From: a virus
Lineage: Duplodnaviria > Heunggongvirae > Uroviricota > Caudoviricetes
Length of the DNA: 64,000 nt
IMG/VR virus record: IMGVR_UViG_2839610755_000002
Strand: one strand, 5' to 3'
In this document: one piece after another, positions 32,134 through 42,559 of the stretch
Layout: every line of letters begins with the position of its first letter
How positions within the stretch are numbered: position 1 is the first letter of the stretch
Position numbers and translations under genes: made by a program
Notes under the pieces: generated by a model
Told to the model about the DNA's origin: nothing
The model's database searches: none
What the model saw: the letters and a program-made list of their open reading frames with translations, nothing else

Positions 32134-32514
32134 TTAAGGTTCAGACCAGTTATCTTCAATAGCAATGCTTAATCTTTGTAGCCATTCTGCTAATTTCAGC
32201 ATTGCTTCTCTTTCGCTTAAACCACGAGGAAAATCATCAAGCGAAATTGTTGGCTTGAAGCCCCCGTAATTATCCATTTCAACAGTCAGATTTTGCTCCA
32301 GCACGGTATTCCTTACGCGGCTGTTGTGTCGAAGCAAATATACTGAACGTGATTTATTGGTTTTATGGTCAAACTGATATTCGGTAAGTATCATCTGGCT
32401 TTTGCCATGACTATTACCTCTCCACATACTTACCTCACTTAATAAAACAACTCCATACGTAGTTGATGATTTTTTCCCACGTAATATAAATATGCACTCC
32501 AGCAGAAAAACCAA
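32134..32514 (-). CDS. hypothetical 126-aa protein
   Basis: ORF in co-directional array. Confidence 0.5.
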   Translation of the reverse strand: MVFLLECIFILRGKKSSTTYGVVLLSEVSMWRGNSHGKSQMILTEYQFDHKTNKSRSVYLLRHNSRVRNTVLEQNLTVEMDNYGGFKPTISLDDFPRGLSEREAMLKLAEWLQRLSIAIEDNWSEP

Positions 32515-32605
32515 AACCTACAATTACTGAAAAAATCAAAACATTTACTTTTGACATTATAAATTTTCTCTCGGTGTCGTAGGTGATAGCACCATAATTG
32601 ATAAT

Positions 32606-32857
32606 TTAGTGAGTTAGCAGTTCCATTTTTTGGATGATTTCCGCATGAGCATCATCGTTATCAACACTTAACTCGTTTAATGCCTCTCGCACCACATCAA
32701 CTTCTTCTGGTTGGAAGAAATCATCTCGGTAGTCACCAAATAGAACCGAAACAAGCCTGCCACCAGCAACATCAAGATTGGCGCTAACAGGTGGCTCTTT
32801 ACCATCCTCAAATTCGACTACAAAAGTTATTTTTCCCATCGTTACCACCAGCGACAA
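32606..32857 (-). CDS. hypothetical acidic 83-aa protein
   Basis: ORF in co-directional array. Confidence 0.5.
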   Translation of the reverse strand: MSLVVTMGKITFVVEFEDGKEPPVSANLDVAGGRLVSVLFGDYRDDFFQPEEVDVVREALNELSVDNDDAHAEIIQKMELLTH

Positions 32858-32924
32858 ATTGAATACAAACCCAGTGCTGCCGCCATCACAATTCCTACCG
32901 TGGTGAATGCTTCAGGCCAGCTCA

Positions 32925-33185
32925 TTATCTCACCTCCAGTCTCCATACCGCCTGACCAATCCGGCTGGCATGGGTATCTTTGGATGCTGTTCCGTCTTTA
33001 GCCATCTCCATAAGAATTTTGCGCAAATCTGCCGAACGCCATTCTTCATCAGGAAATTCCTTCTCCATTGCCAACCGCAGATTCCAGGTTGCCATCCTGA
33101 ATGGATATTCCCCGCCGAGAGCTTTATCTTGCAGGGCAGCCCGGGAACGCATCACCTGCAAAACCTTCTCTTTTACATCCATCAT
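32925..33185 (-). CDS. hypothetical 86-aa protein
   Basis: Start MMDVKEK overlaps upstream stop (ATGA). Confidence 0.5.
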   Translation of the reverse strand: MMDVKEKVLQVMRSRAALQDKALGGEYPFRMATWNLRLAMEKEFPDEEWRSADLRKILMEMAKDGTASKDTHASRIGQAVWRLEVR

Positions 33186-34402
33186 TTCGCCCCCTTCGGA
33201 GGTTCTGGCAACGGCATCCAGAACAAGACGTTCCCTAACCACGATAAAGTGCCGTCGCTCAACTCCACGTATTCCCCTTGCACCTGTCCTGCCATATACT
33301 CGCCGTGCTTTGAATAAATTAAAATCCAATCATCTTGAGGGGGCATTCGCTCACTACAGCTTATCCAACCATCCTGAGTTACCGGAAGCGAGAACGGCAG
33401 CACATCTCTGTGAACAAGTTTTTGCTGTGACAGGTTATCCAGAACTTTCTGTACTGCTGCATCACCGAATACACCAAGCGCATCTGCCATAACTCCTACA
33501 ACCTGATAAGCCTCAGCGCATACCGTGGATAAACCATCCTGAGTTACCGGAGAGTTGCCGTGTTCTTTAATGTGCAAGCGAGGTTCACCATCTTTTGGCT
33601 CAGGCCACTGGCGCTCCATGTTGATCTTCAATTTATCTTCCATAGCAGCGGTAATTTCAGCATCGCTGATGCCAGCACGGCGCTGTGCATCCCACAACAG
33701 AAACTGCATATCAGCCCACTCGCTAAGATCGTCTGGTTCGGCTGCGGCTTCCAGTGCCTCTTTTGAGAGATGTTTCAGCGGGCCAACTGGACCAACACAG
33801 CCAAACGTCTTATCTGACCATTCAGCATGGCGCTGCCGGATTAAATTGCGCAATTGAAGCGATGATCCGTTCTCCTCTGACAACTCTTCATGATTACTTG
33901 CAGGTTCGACACCCTGAAGCATATCCGCGCGGCAGGCGTTAAGCGCGTTTTGCACGCGTTTAGCGTTCTGTACTTCGTATTTAGGTGCGGCTGCCAATGC
34001 CCATAGCCAACCAATTTCATAGCTATCAGCTTTTGATAGAGCACATTCCATTTCCAGTGTTATTTTCTTAGGTACGAGTTGCCAATCATCTGGCACTACT
34101 GGCGCTGGCGGGGCGGTGTAAAGCGGTGTTATTTCTACCCGAAAATCACCGACTTTATGCAGTCGCCCCCACCGTTCGGCTTCTGCTTTGTCAGAATACA
34201 TAGCGGTGAACGTATTATATTCATGGTCAATTTGCGTGAAGGTTGCCTTCCACGCCACTGGCTCTGCTTCCAGCGATGCCAGCGCGATACGAAACACATT
34301 GGCAAGCAGGCTGTCTGAAGATTGGTTATCGTGCGCCGCATCGCTCAGAAAGCCAGTGATGAATGATTTAATCTCTGCGCTTTCTCTGGTAATAGTTGCC
34401 AT
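33182..34402 (-). CDS. hypothetical 406-aa protein
   Basis: Start set at MATITRES with AAGGAAACAG RBS; Trp/Pro-rich C-terminal region. Confidence 0.6.
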   Translation of the reverse strand: MATITRESAEIKSFITGFLSDAAHDNQSSDSLLANVFRIALASLEAEPVAWKATFTQIDHEYNTFTAMYSDKAEAERWGRLHKVGDFRVEITPLYTAPPAPVVPDDWQLVPKKITLEMECALSKADSYEIGWLWALAAAPKYEVQNAKRVQNALNACRADMLQGVEPASNHEELSEENGSSLQLRNLIRQRHAEWSDKTFGCVGPVGPLKHLSKEALEAAAEPDDLSEWADMQFLLWDAQRRAGISDAEITAAMEDKLKINMERQWPEPKDGEPRLHIKEHGNSPVTQDGLSTVCAEAYQVVGVMADALGVFGDAAVQKVLDNLSQQKLVHRDVLPFSLPVTQDGWISCSERMPPQDDWILIYSKHGEYMAGQVQGEYVELSDGTLSWLGNVLFWMPLPEPPKGAK

Positions 34403-34714
34403 ATCTGTTTCCTTATGTGGGTTAATTTTATTGTGTAGCTTCCTGAATAGTGTAGGCACCTCACTCTCCTTTAGTGCGCAAGTAGTTTTTCCAGCGGTTT
34501 TGCGCCGCGCTGCGCTTATCTCGGACTCCCTCTCTGGCAATTCCAGAAAATGAAAACAACACCACACGGCGATTGCTAACTCTCAACCACTGGCTGGGGT
34601 AGCAAAATCTGTATACACGGGAGATAAGCATCTTAGCTTTACGGTTTTTCATCGTTTTGTTCTCCGATTAGTTCAGCCATTTTTATTACCGCCCTTTCGG
34701 GCGGCATCCCGACA

Positions 34715-34927
34715 TTAATCGTTGTGGTAACTCATGGCTTCATTTGCAGCATCAACCGGATCAACCTCCCACCAGCAATAATTTGGGTCGGTTCCTTCAG
34801 GTGTCCACGGCTCTAATTCATTTTTTGCTACATTCTCGTCAGCAGTAATTTTAAAAATCTGCTCAGAGAATTTTTTTACCCACTCGTTATATTTTTCCGC
34901 GTTAATGGTTTTCTGTGTATTTAACAT
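34715..34927 (-). CDS. hypothetical 70-aa protein
   Basis: Small ORF, Trp-rich C-terminus. Confidence 0.4.
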   Translation of the reverse strand: MLNTQKTINAEKYNEWVKKFSEQIFKITADENVAKNELEPWTPEGTDPNYCWWEVDPVDAANEAMSYHND

Positions 34928-34972
34928 AGATATACCTCCGGTTAAGGATTAAATTTTATTTACAGTGCTGAT

Positions 34973-35332
34973 TTAATATTCAGTTCTGGATTTTGTCGCT
35001 CTGCGTATCCGCGCTTTCGCGTTACGCTCAATCTGAATTAGCTTTTCTATATTTTTTCGCCTTTCCTGTTCCTCCTGGCGCAATAGTTTTACATCATCTG
35101 CCAGCCTGGTTTCTCTTTTCGCAACAGAGAGCATCCAGTCAAATGGCTCCACAACTGCACCGCAGATTTTACAGCGGACCTGACGCTCTTTTTCATCAAC
35201 CCGGACAGAGGCATGATGGCAATATGGTCTTTCCGATGGTTCATAAAGAAAATTAACCTGATTACGTGGGTCATCCTCTTTTACCGGAAATAAAACAATA
35301 TTACTTAACTCATCTTCTGGTTTTATTTCCAT
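34973..35332 (-). CDS. zinc-ribbon-like small protein
   Basis: Start MEIKPEDEL with AAGGAGAAG RBS; CHH...CKICG motif. Confidence 0.5.
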   Translation of the reverse strand: MEIKPEDELSNIVLFPVKEDDPRNQVNFLYEPSERPYCHHASVRVDEKERQVRCKICGAVVEPFDWMLSVAKRETRLADDVKLLRQEEQERRKNIEKLIQIERNAKARIRRATKSRTEY

Positions 35333-36002
35333 GCTCTTCTCCTTTGATGTGAATGCCAGCGTCAAACATCATATGCAGCTCTCCTTTTCGAAGCTGGGCG
35401 GCTAACTCATCACATATGTGCGTCAAAGAGCAAAGTTTGATTGATGGGTGTTCGCGCATCATCTCTACCCCCTGCGCCCGAGCTTCAGCCAGGAAAGCGT
35501 CGGTGGCTGGAATTTGCGGCATCCCTCCGTCTGTTGCGCAGATATACGCATCAGATATTTCATCCTGCTGGCCATCAAACACGTAGCAACAGCCCCTGAT
35601 AAACAGCTTCATTGAGGCATTCTCCACTGCCAGCGCCGTGCGATTACCATCCAGCTCTGCAATGCGCTGTTTTGCGGCATCCAGTTCAATCGACAATTTT
35701 TCCAACTGCTCTTGATGCTTCTTGTATTCCTGATATGCGTGCCAAGACTGACCTTTGCGCACACTATCAGTGATATCAGTAATCTGTTCTGGTGTTAGCG
35801 TGGTCAGTGGCTGTGATGGGAAAATAAGCACTTTCCCGGAATCCCAATCAAAACCAGCGTGAATTGACTGAACCTCAACTGAAGGTGTTGAACCAATGCT
35901 GCCAGGCGAATGAACAACGATCGTTACATCCATATCGCGACGATGGCTGTGGTTGTTGGACAAAATACGATTCACCAACTCAGAAAATTTGGAAAATTTC
36001 AT
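35310..36002 (-). CDS. Ead/Ea22-like protein
   Basis: Contains the IPATDAFLAEARAQGVE motif typical of Ead/Ea22-like prophage proteins. Confidence 0.55.
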   Translation of the reverse strand: MKFSKFSELVNRILSNNHSHRRDMDVTIVVHSPGSIGSTPSVEVQSIHAGFDWDSGKVLIFPSQPLTTLTPEQITDITDSVRKGQSWHAYQEYKKHQEQLEKLSIELDAAKQRIAELDGNRTALAVENASMKLFIRGCCYVFDGQQDEISDAYICATDGGMPQIPATDAFLAEARAQGVEMMREHPSIKLCSLTHICDELAAQLRKGELHMMFDAGIHIKGEEHGNKTRR

Positions 36003-36322
36003 GCTGATTCCCCTTTCTCTGCTCTCTCCTGTCGGAACATCACTATCATCAGGTCGCCTTTTGTCGCTATCCTGGCTGTTGTACCTGGTTCAATGCGGCT
36101 AAGCTCAAATGCGTCATAGAACGCTTCTAATGCCTTCTGGCGTAGTTCCTGTTTGCGCCGTTTTTTCCACTGTTTTAGGAAAATGGAACCCAGCCATCGC
36201 CATGTACGGGACATGATGTAAAGCCAACCGAGAAGTGCCAGACCGGTATTTAGGAGCGTATCGATCGTTATTGTCGTGTCGATATTCACTGGCTGCTTCC
36301 TTTGCGAATCTGTTCCGCCCAT
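35999..36322 (-). CDS. small membrane protein (uncertain)
   Basis: Hydrophobic segment LLNTGLALLGWLYIM; overlaps neighbours. Confidence 0.4.
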   Translation of the reverse strand: MGGTDSQRKQPVNIDTTITIDTLLNTGLALLGWLYIMSRTWRWLGSIFLKQWKKRRKQELRQKALEAFYDAFELSRIEPGTTARIATKGDLMIVMFRQERAEKGESA

Positions 36323-36987
36323 TCTTCAAGGGATTTCTCCGCATATTCACCAGACAGGCCATCAATCGGGTACGGTTCATTAGCCAACTCTTCTTTCGCT
36401 GACAAAATCATGCGTGTAACGTCGAAAACTTCACGCAAAGACTTATTGATAAATCCGTGATTGAACGCAGCAGCAAGACGGCTGGCGGTATAGTTAATCC
36501 CCTCGTTGCGTGCTTCCGCACGAATTTCAGCCAGAAAAGCATCGGTAGCTGGAGTTTCGCTGTGGTGTAGGGCATCGTTGATAATCATTGCAGCAACACC
36601 AGCCTGCCCTGCATCCGTGACCGACACATGCTCAAGAGTTACGGCCATTGCGTGTTTCAGCCCGGCGTTCTCTGCCACCAGCGCCGCGAGATTAGTCTCA
36701 AGCTCTGAAATTCGGCACGTGGCATCAATATTTGTGTCCTCCAAGCACTTAATTTCACCAAGCAGCTCCAGTGCAACCTTTGGGTTGAACGCGGCAACAT
36801 GACGAGCGTTGTTCTCTGCATTTTTCTGTCCATCAAAGCCGGTCCATTTGATAACGTCTTCACATCGTTCATCACCGGGCGTGTGCACCGCATACGTACC
36901 AGTACCCGGCGAAATAAATGCGACCCATTCGCCCTGTGTTGCCTGTTTTGCTATCTCACGCAGTGCCCGGTAATTAATTTCGCTCAC
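36286..36987 (-). CDS. Ead/Ea22-like protein
   Basis: GTG start with AAGGAGG RBS; motif ETPATDAFLAEIRAEARNEG. Confidence 0.6.
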   Translation of the reverse strand: MSEINYRALREIAKQATQGEWVAFISPGTGTYAVHTPGDERCEDVIKWTGFDGQKNAENNARHVAAFNPKVALELLGEIKCLEDTNIDATCRISELETNLAALVAENAGLKHAMAVTLEHVSVTDAGQAGVAAMIINDALHHSETPATDAFLAEIRAEARNEGINYTASRLAAAFNHGFINKSLREVFDVTRMILSAKEELANEPYPIDGLSGEYAEKSLEEWAEQIRKGSSQ

Positions 36988-37223
36988 TGGCTGCCTCCTT
37001 TGCGGAGTTGCGCTTCGATGCACGAAAAAAAAGACTCCCGAGTATGACTGTTAAGAGCTGGTGCGAACGCCGCGTTAAGAACGGCAGCATCACAGCCGTC
37101 ATCAATATAGAGCGCAATTTTTTTCTCCAGGCGCGCTTTGGCTTCCTGCAACTGCATACCCCGGCACGCACGCGGGATATAATCAGCAATTTGAGCGATA
37201 GCTTTTTCGTTCTGTTTAAACAT
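36984..37223 (-). CDS. hypothetical 79-aa protein
   Basis: Small ORF coupled to downstream gene. Confidence 0.45.
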   Translation of the reverse strand: MFKQNEKAIAQIADYIPRACRGMQLQEAKARLEKKIALYIDDGCDAAVLNAAFAPALNSHTRESFFSCIEAQLRKGGSQ

Positions 37224-37419
37224 GCTTCACCTCGATAGGCTTGATGGTGTCTAACAGCAGTCGACGGCGCGTATTTTCTGCAAAGTGGCGGCGTCCGGTA
37301 TCTTTGTGGTAAAACTCATTTTTGCCGACGACCCACATCCGCTCTGTTTGGTGCAGTTTTTTTACCTGCGGCCCGTCTTTGGTGATCACGGTGCCGGTAT
37401 GGGTTTTTACGATTGTCAT
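37216..37419 (-). CDS. hypothetical 67-aa protein
   Basis: Small ORF at the head of the array. Confidence 0.4.
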   Translation of the reverse strand: MTIVKTHTGTVITKDGPQVKKLHQTERMWVVGKNEFYHKDTGRRHFAENTRRRLLLDTIKPIEVKHV

Positions 37420-37502
37420 GCCACTACCTCTTCGAACAGATGAACGAGACAGGCCGATGCTCGTCCACCTGAAAAACTGACGATTTGATGCATACTCACG
37501 GT

Positions 37503-38223
37503 TTATTCCTGAATGCGCTTAAACTCGATTACCCACACCAAGGGATTAGCGTTCCAGCTTTCTTCACCATAGATGGATTCCCACAGGCGCTGGAACGCAA
37601 CCTTGGCCATTGCGAAATCCCCCTTGGGAGTAAGGAATGTTCCCGGGTGATCAGGAAGCAAACTCCCAGCAGGCGGAACGCCCTCAGCCCTTGCATCGCA
37701 TTCGCTGATATCGTTCAACCGTTCAACGCGCACGTTGGTAATTTCCAACAGAATGCGTGATGCCCATCGCGGCATGTGAATTGATGGACGCCACCCACCA
37801 TCAAACTTTTCATTCACAGTGTGAGGTTTCCAGTCGGCATCATCGGGTATCGACCATAAGCCGTAATCACCAGGTTTTTGCTCGCAACTGGCCCGATAAA
37901 TCCTTGCTGCGTTCTTCTCATCGCCACGACAAAGGTTGTCGTTCCAGTACACTGCAACCATCCTCATTGCCTAATATCGCCAACGCTTCACGGACCCATA
38001 TGCGATCACCAACGTTACCGAACGGGCATAAACCATGTTCAGGTGCATCCATAACGTGGGTATAGACACCATTGCGTTTCTTTGTCGGTTTACGGATAAC
38101 CAGGCAGTTATCGGCCCTGACATTTTTTACAGGTCGGCGAGTCTGCGTCTTCCTTCCTTCAAGGATGGCCCGGACCATCTCATCGTTGAAAATCATGCCG
38201 CGCTCTTTCACTTCGCCTTTCAT
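37503..38223 (-). pseudogene. ASCH-like protein apparently split into two overlapping ORFs
   Basis: N-part (MIFNDEMVRAILEGRKTQTRR...GDRIWVREA) and C-part (...RPSIHMPRWASRILLEITNVRVERLNDISECDARAEG) look like one domain in different frames. Confidence 0.4.
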
Positions 38224-38347
38224 GCATCCCCCTTACCCATGTGCGACGATGCCGCCAAAAGTGATAGAGAACAGCCAGAAATAGATCGCGGCCATAATGA
38301 TTTTGAATGCCGTGTTCATATTTTCAGCTCCTGTGATTGATTGGATA

Positions 38348-38375
38348 CATGCCGCGCCTTGCGGCATGTTTTTAT
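38348..38375 (+). terminator. strong plus-strand terminator-like hairpin with no annotated plus-strand gene upstream
   Basis: CATGCCGC-GCCTT-GCGGCATG followed by TTTTTAT. Confidence 0.45.
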
Positions 38376-38401
38376 TTTCACTTCCCCTGCCTTAAAAATC
38401 A

Positions 38402-38418
38402 AGATTTATTAGAGCAAT
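38402..38418 (-). promoter_or_regulatory. C1 operator-like site
   Basis: Minus strand reads ATTGCTCTAATAAATCT. Confidence 0.55.
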
Positions 38419-38924
38419 TATTGTTGATGAAGAAGCGCATTTTCATACTCCCTGACCATGAATGTAAGTACGCCGTGACTCCTGAACACACGCGCCACTT
38501 CAATCTTATCTTCCAGCGCGAACGCAATTTTACTTAGACCAATTTTCTTCAGGAGATCAATCTTTGCTGGACCGTCATTTCTGTCATCGGTGGCAGGACG
38601 CATAGATAGCAAAGGCTCAGCCCCGTTTGTTACGTACTTCCGCAGCCAGGCTCGTGTTTTATCCCTTGCGATCTCACAGCGCCCGGTTACAAACCAGACC
38701 GTGTAAACGTTAAATAACTGGCGCACCATATCAATAACCGGAGTGATGGGAGTATCGGTGTCACAGGCGAGATTAAACTCGTTCCAGTCCTTTGTTAATG
38801 CACCTTTACCTGGTGGCGGAAGCAAATGCAGTCTGTCTTCAGTTGCCTCTGATATTGTTCCATCAATATCGACTATGACGATATACGGACGTTCCTGGTG
38901 TGCGTGTTTATTGAAAATACTCAA
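38418..38924 (-). CDS. HAD-superfamily phosphatase-like protein
   Basis: N-terminal IVIVDIDGTISE (DxDGT) motif; 168 aa. Confidence 0.6.
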   Translation of the reverse strand: MSIFNKHAHQERPYIVIVDIDGTISEATEDRLHLLPPPGKGALTKDWNEFNLACDTDTPITPVIDMVRQLFNVYTVWFVTGRCEIARDKTRAWLRKYVTNGAEPLLSMRPATDDRNDGPAKIDLLKKIGLSKIAFALEDKIEVARVFRSHGVLTFMVREYENALLHQQ

Positions 38925-38996
38925 ATGCCCTCCTCATTGGACGAAAAAAATGCTGGTGGGCGCACTCCACCAGCATTAAAAGTGACGCTGTAACTA

Positions 38997-40259
38997 TCAG
39001 CGGACGTAAATAGTGCCGCCGTTCTCTTTTTCCCACGCATCGCTACGTGCATAGCAAACATCGAGAAGTCTTCTTGCCGCTGTTTCCTCTAAACCCAATT
39101 CGACAACCAACTGCTCATGACGGCGGGTAACCACATCAAACAGGGTATGCAACCCTTTAGTTGCCAGATCATCAATGAATTCCGGTTCGAACGGCAGCTC
39201 TGCATCTGCCAACATAACCTCTTGCGCCCACTCAACTCGACGGACCAATTCCGGGCGGCGGCTTTCCATCTCTTTACAGATCAATTCATGGAAGAACTCT
39301 ACCCAACCTTCCGGCTGGAACTCGCGGAAAATTGCCAACGGCTGGAAGTTTGGCATCAACCATTCGTTGATTCGGATATCAATGGCATAGCCCATGTCGC
39401 AGCAGAACTGATAAGCAAAGTCCAGCTTAGAAACGATATAAGGACGCTCGTTATTGAACTCTTTAGGCGATGAGATCCCATAAGCCAGGAGGCGCGGGAA
39501 GAAGGAGATTTGCCCTAACGTCGGATGAAGTTTGCTTGCAGGGAAACGGCGCTCAGTAATGCCATACATTTCCTTCTTGAGCGTCGCAAATTTGGCATTC
39601 TCATTAACCAGCGCGGTAACCTCTGCTTTTTTAATAGCAAATGCCACGCGCGCTTCGCTTGCATCTTTAATAGTTTTTTTGAGCTGTTGGTTAAGGTCGG
39701 CGACCTGCTTACGCAGTTCCTGTCGCTCGCTTTTAGCTTTGTTATAGCGTTTCTCAAGGTTAAAAGGATCAAGTTTCATGATCTCTTTATATTGAGATTT
39801 TAGCGTTGAAATCTGTGAGTTCCGCAGTTCAACCATCGCGGTCATTTCATTGAGTTTTGTTTCCAGCTCAATGCTTATACGTTCGGCATTATCAGCACGC
39901 TGGTTGGCGTCATGCGTCGCATCGTCGATCGCGTCCTGTTGCTGGCGTTTCAAATGTTCAATTTGTAGCTGAAGCTCTTCAATTTCTTTACCCTTCAGAC
40001 CGAGATCCAACTGCATATTTTCAGCTGCATCTACCAGGGAGTTATGGCTATCAGCTTCTGCGTTATAAACATCAATAAGCTGTGCGTGAAGCATCTCCGC
40101 TGACTGAACCGCATTATCAAAAAAACGCGCTGTGAGGTCATCACAACTAACGCGGCGTTGCGCGGCCCGGATGTTCTGGATAATGGCCGGGATACCGGCA
40201 TTCAGGACGTCAGGGATAGATACATTTTCGATTGATTGGTTTTGTGCTGAAGTGCTCAT
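38997..40259 (-). CDS. 420-aa protein with long coiled-coil N-terminal half
   Basis: Heptad-rich, Glu/Lys/Gln-rich region followed by a globular C-terminal domain; no motif recognised. Confidence 0.6.
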   Translation of the reverse strand: MSTSAQNQSIENVSIPDVLNAGIPAIIQNIRAAQRRVSCDDLTARFFDNAVQSAEMLHAQLIDVYNAEADSHNSLVDAAENMQLDLGLKGKEIEELQLQIEHLKRQQQDAIDDATHDANQRADNAERISIELETKLNEMTAMVELRNSQISTLKSQYKEIMKLDPFNLEKRYNKAKSERQELRKQVADLNQQLKKTIKDASEARVAFAIKKAEVTALVNENAKFATLKKEMYGITERRFPASKLHPTLGQISFFPRLLAYGISSPKEFNNERPYIVSKLDFAYQFCCDMGYAIDIRINEWLMPNFQPLAIFREFQPEGWVEFFHELICKEMESRRPELVRRVEWAQEVMLADAELPFEPEFIDDLATKGLHTLFDVVTRRHEQLVVELGLEETAARRLLDVCYARSDAWEKENGGTIYVR

Positions 40260-40260
40260 T

Positions 40261-40479
40261 TCAAAGTTCCGTATTAGCTTGTGCTTCGGTCATTTTTCCT
40301 AAGTATGAAGGAGGAAGGACTACGCAATTTGTATCCAGTCCCTCACCTATGGCAGCCTGTAAAATTCTGGCTAAGGTGAGTCTCTTGTTGCGATACCTGG
40401 TGATGACATGCCTGATACCGCCGGTCGGCGTAACAAAGGCGATCAGCCAGTAGTGATATTTCCGTCGGAATGGCCACAT
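40261..40479 (-). CDS. hypothetical 72-aa protein
   Basis: Small ORF directly upstream of the 420-aa gene. Confidence 0.4.
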   Translation of the reverse strand: MWPFRRKYHYWLIAFVTPTGGIRHVITRYRNKRLTLARILQAAIGEGLDTNCVVLPPSYLGKMTEAQANTEL

Positions 40480-40493
40480 AGTGCACCTTGTAG

Positions 40494-40510
40494 ATTGCTC
40501 TAATAAAAAA
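40494..40510 (+). promoter_or_regulatory. C1 operator-like site (one of a divergent pair)
   Basis: ATTGCTCTAATAAAAAA. Confidence 0.55.
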
Positions 40511-40542
40511 CGTGATGAGTGTACATCACGCTTTAAAAATAT

Positions 40543-40559
40543 GGAATTATTAGAGCAAT
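40543..40559 (-). promoter_or_regulatory. C1 operator-like site (one of a divergent pair)
   Basis: Minus strand reads ATTGCTCTAATAATTCC; 32 bp from its partner. Confidence 0.55.
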
Positions 40560-40560
40560 G

Positions 40561-41262
40561 TTATTCTGATTCTCGCTCAAAAAATGAGCTGACAAGGGGA
40601 AGCCAATCCTCTGACACTTCGCGAGGTCGCGGTTTGCCGTGGAAAAAGATTATTCGGCAGTCTTTTGGTAATGCCCCATTCCCCCTGGAGTAACGCGCGC
40701 TCGCATATTTTGAACCAGGTTCCACAACATCGGCCTTGTAACTTACAAACCATCCTGGATACAGATCCTGAAATGCTGGTGTATCATCGCCCATAACCTT
40801 CCGTAAGAACCCCTGATCACCCCAGCACTCAGTAGTGACACAACGAGAAATCCAACCTTCCGGATCTTGCCAGAATGAACTCCAGATATGCGCTTTAACA
40901 CTATTTGGTATCCACAGGGCACCGCTGCCACGATATTGTGGATGGTAAAAATCCCTAAGCATGGTGAAGCTGGTTGGTGGATGCTCTAGGATTGGGCGTA
41001 TATCACCGGCAATAACCGTGTCCAAATCCAGATAGAACAGATCATCGGTTATATCCGGTCGGAACAACTCGATTTTCGCCCACCAGCCACGGCACTTTTG
41101 CCACTGGTTGATCAATGGGACAACTTTGACGCCAGGTACATGTAAACGCTTCAGGTCTGTCAGGCAAATAATTTCATAGCCTTTTGGCAGTTGATTAACC
41201 AGCCACTGCACATCGGAAGCGTTATAGTCACCACCAGAGCGAAAAACTAAAGCAATCTTCAT
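40561..41262 (-). CDS. hypothetical 233-aa protein (possible DxD-type transferase)
   Basis: LDLDTV and Trp-rich segments; function not established. Confidence 0.5.
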   Translation of the reverse strand: MKIALVFRSGGDYNASDVQWLVNQLPKGYEIICLTDLKRLHVPGVKVVPLINQWQKCRGWWAKIELFRPDITDDLFYLDLDTVIAGDIRPILEHPPTSFTMLRDFYHPQYRGSGALWIPNSVKAHIWSSFWQDPEGWISRCVTTECWGDQGFLRKVMGDDTPAFQDLYPGWFVSYKADVVEPGSKYASARYSRGNGALPKDCRIIFFHGKPRPREVSEDWLPLVSSFFERESE

Positions 41263-41951
41263 GCTGCACCATCACCTTTCACTTTCATCAATGTCAGGTT
41301 TCCGCAAAATACGGCACCAGTGTCGATATACTGCTGATTCCAGAATGTCTTCGGGCTTTTCACCGGAGTGTGACCAAAGATAAAACGATCTGCGCCCGAA
41401 ATTTCGCCACCAATATCATCCATCGAATCACTGATACGCTCGCGCGCCCAGACAACGTTGAAAAGCGGCACCTCCTTACCGAATTGGTATTCATTATCCG
41501 GATAGTCGGCATGGGCTATAACGATAGTTTCTTGCCCGGTGTTCAACTCAATGATATAGGGCAGACGCTTTACCAGCTCCACCAGCGCCCTGGCTAATAT
41601 TTCCTGATCAGTGTCCAGCATGAAGAACCATTGTCCGCCATTCATTAGCCAGTTATTCACGTTGCCATCTGGACTTAACGCATCAATCATCAGCCGCTCA
41701 TGGTTCCCCATCACTGCCCTGAACCAGGGCATCTGCAATAGTTCCAGACATTCGACATTTTCAGTACCGCGATCGATAAGGTCGCCGACCGATATCAGTA
41801 AATCCTGCGCCGGGTCAAAATCCACACGATGGAGTTCGGACATCAGTCTGGTGTAGCAACCATGCAGATCACCAACAACCCAGACATTCCTGTATTTGGT
41901 ACCGTCGATACGGTGATAAATTGTGGGTGCCATCATGTATTCTTCAGCCAT
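41259..41951 (-). CDS. Ser/Thr protein phosphatase, calcineurin-like metallophosphoesterase
   Basis: Motifs GDLHG, GDLIDRG, GNHE in canonical order; 230 aa. Confidence 0.85.
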   Translation of the reverse strand: MAEEYMMAPTIYHRIDGTKYRNVWVVGDLHGCYTRLMSELHRVDFDPAQDLLISVGDLIDRGTENVECLELLQMPWFRAVMGNHERLMIDALSPDGNVNNWLMNGGQWFFMLDTDQEILARALVELVKRLPYIIELNTGQETIVIAHADYPDNEYQFGKEVPLFNVVWARERISDSMDDIGGEISGADRFIFGHTPVKSPKTFWNQQYIDTGAVFCGNLTLMKVKGDGAA

Positions 41952-42559
41952 TCTTTAAGAGTCATCTGCGGAATACCTCCCATTTTCCCGCATGAAACAA
42001 CGTCAATCTGTTCACGCGCAGACTGGAATAACAAAGGCAGGTGACTTAGATTTTTTGGCGTGCCGCCGGAATGAACGCGTGGTTCTTGCGTAGCGTCAAC
42101 GCCCACCAGGGCTACATGTTTGAATCCGATATGGAAAGCCAGGTTCAGAGCACCATATGCACTATTGCCGCTGGCAATTTCATTCTCATCTTCGCAAAGG
42201 CCGAAATGTGCGGACCAGCGCCACGCCCACCACTCGGGAGAATTCGTATTTTTTGGCTCCGTGCCGCGCTCAGCCACACGACGGAAGCACAAAACGCCGT
42301 CTCTGACCTCACGTTCTTTAACATCGGGTAGCGCCATGCAATAACAAACACCACGGCGACGGCGGCCACGACCAACGCGCCGCATATTGTCTGGCGATGG
42401 ATCAAGGGTGAAAAAATAAGAAGCGCGGTTAAGCCAGTCGATGGCCCCATTGACCGCTATAATCGGCACTCCGCGCGGCGCAACAAAGTTTGCGGCGCTT
42501 GGGCCACTGCCGACGATAATAACGCGATCACTGCCTCTAAATTTATTCTTGGGAAACAT
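41933..42559 (-). CDS. GSGPS-motif protein, paralogue 1
   Basis: [10 protein letters not shown]...[10 protein letters not shown]; paralogous to the adjacent upstream gene. Confidence 0.5.
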   Translation of the reverse strand: MFPKNKFRGSDRVIIVGSGPSAANFVAPRGVPIIAVNGAIDWLNRASYFFTLDPSPDNMRRVGRGRRRRGVCYCMALPDVKEREVRDGVLCFRRVAERGTEPKNTNSPEWWAWRWSAHFGLCEDENEIASGNSAYGALNLAFHIGFKHVALVGVDATQEPRVHSGGTPKNLSHLPLLFQSAREQIDVVSCGKMGGIPQMTLKEWLKNT

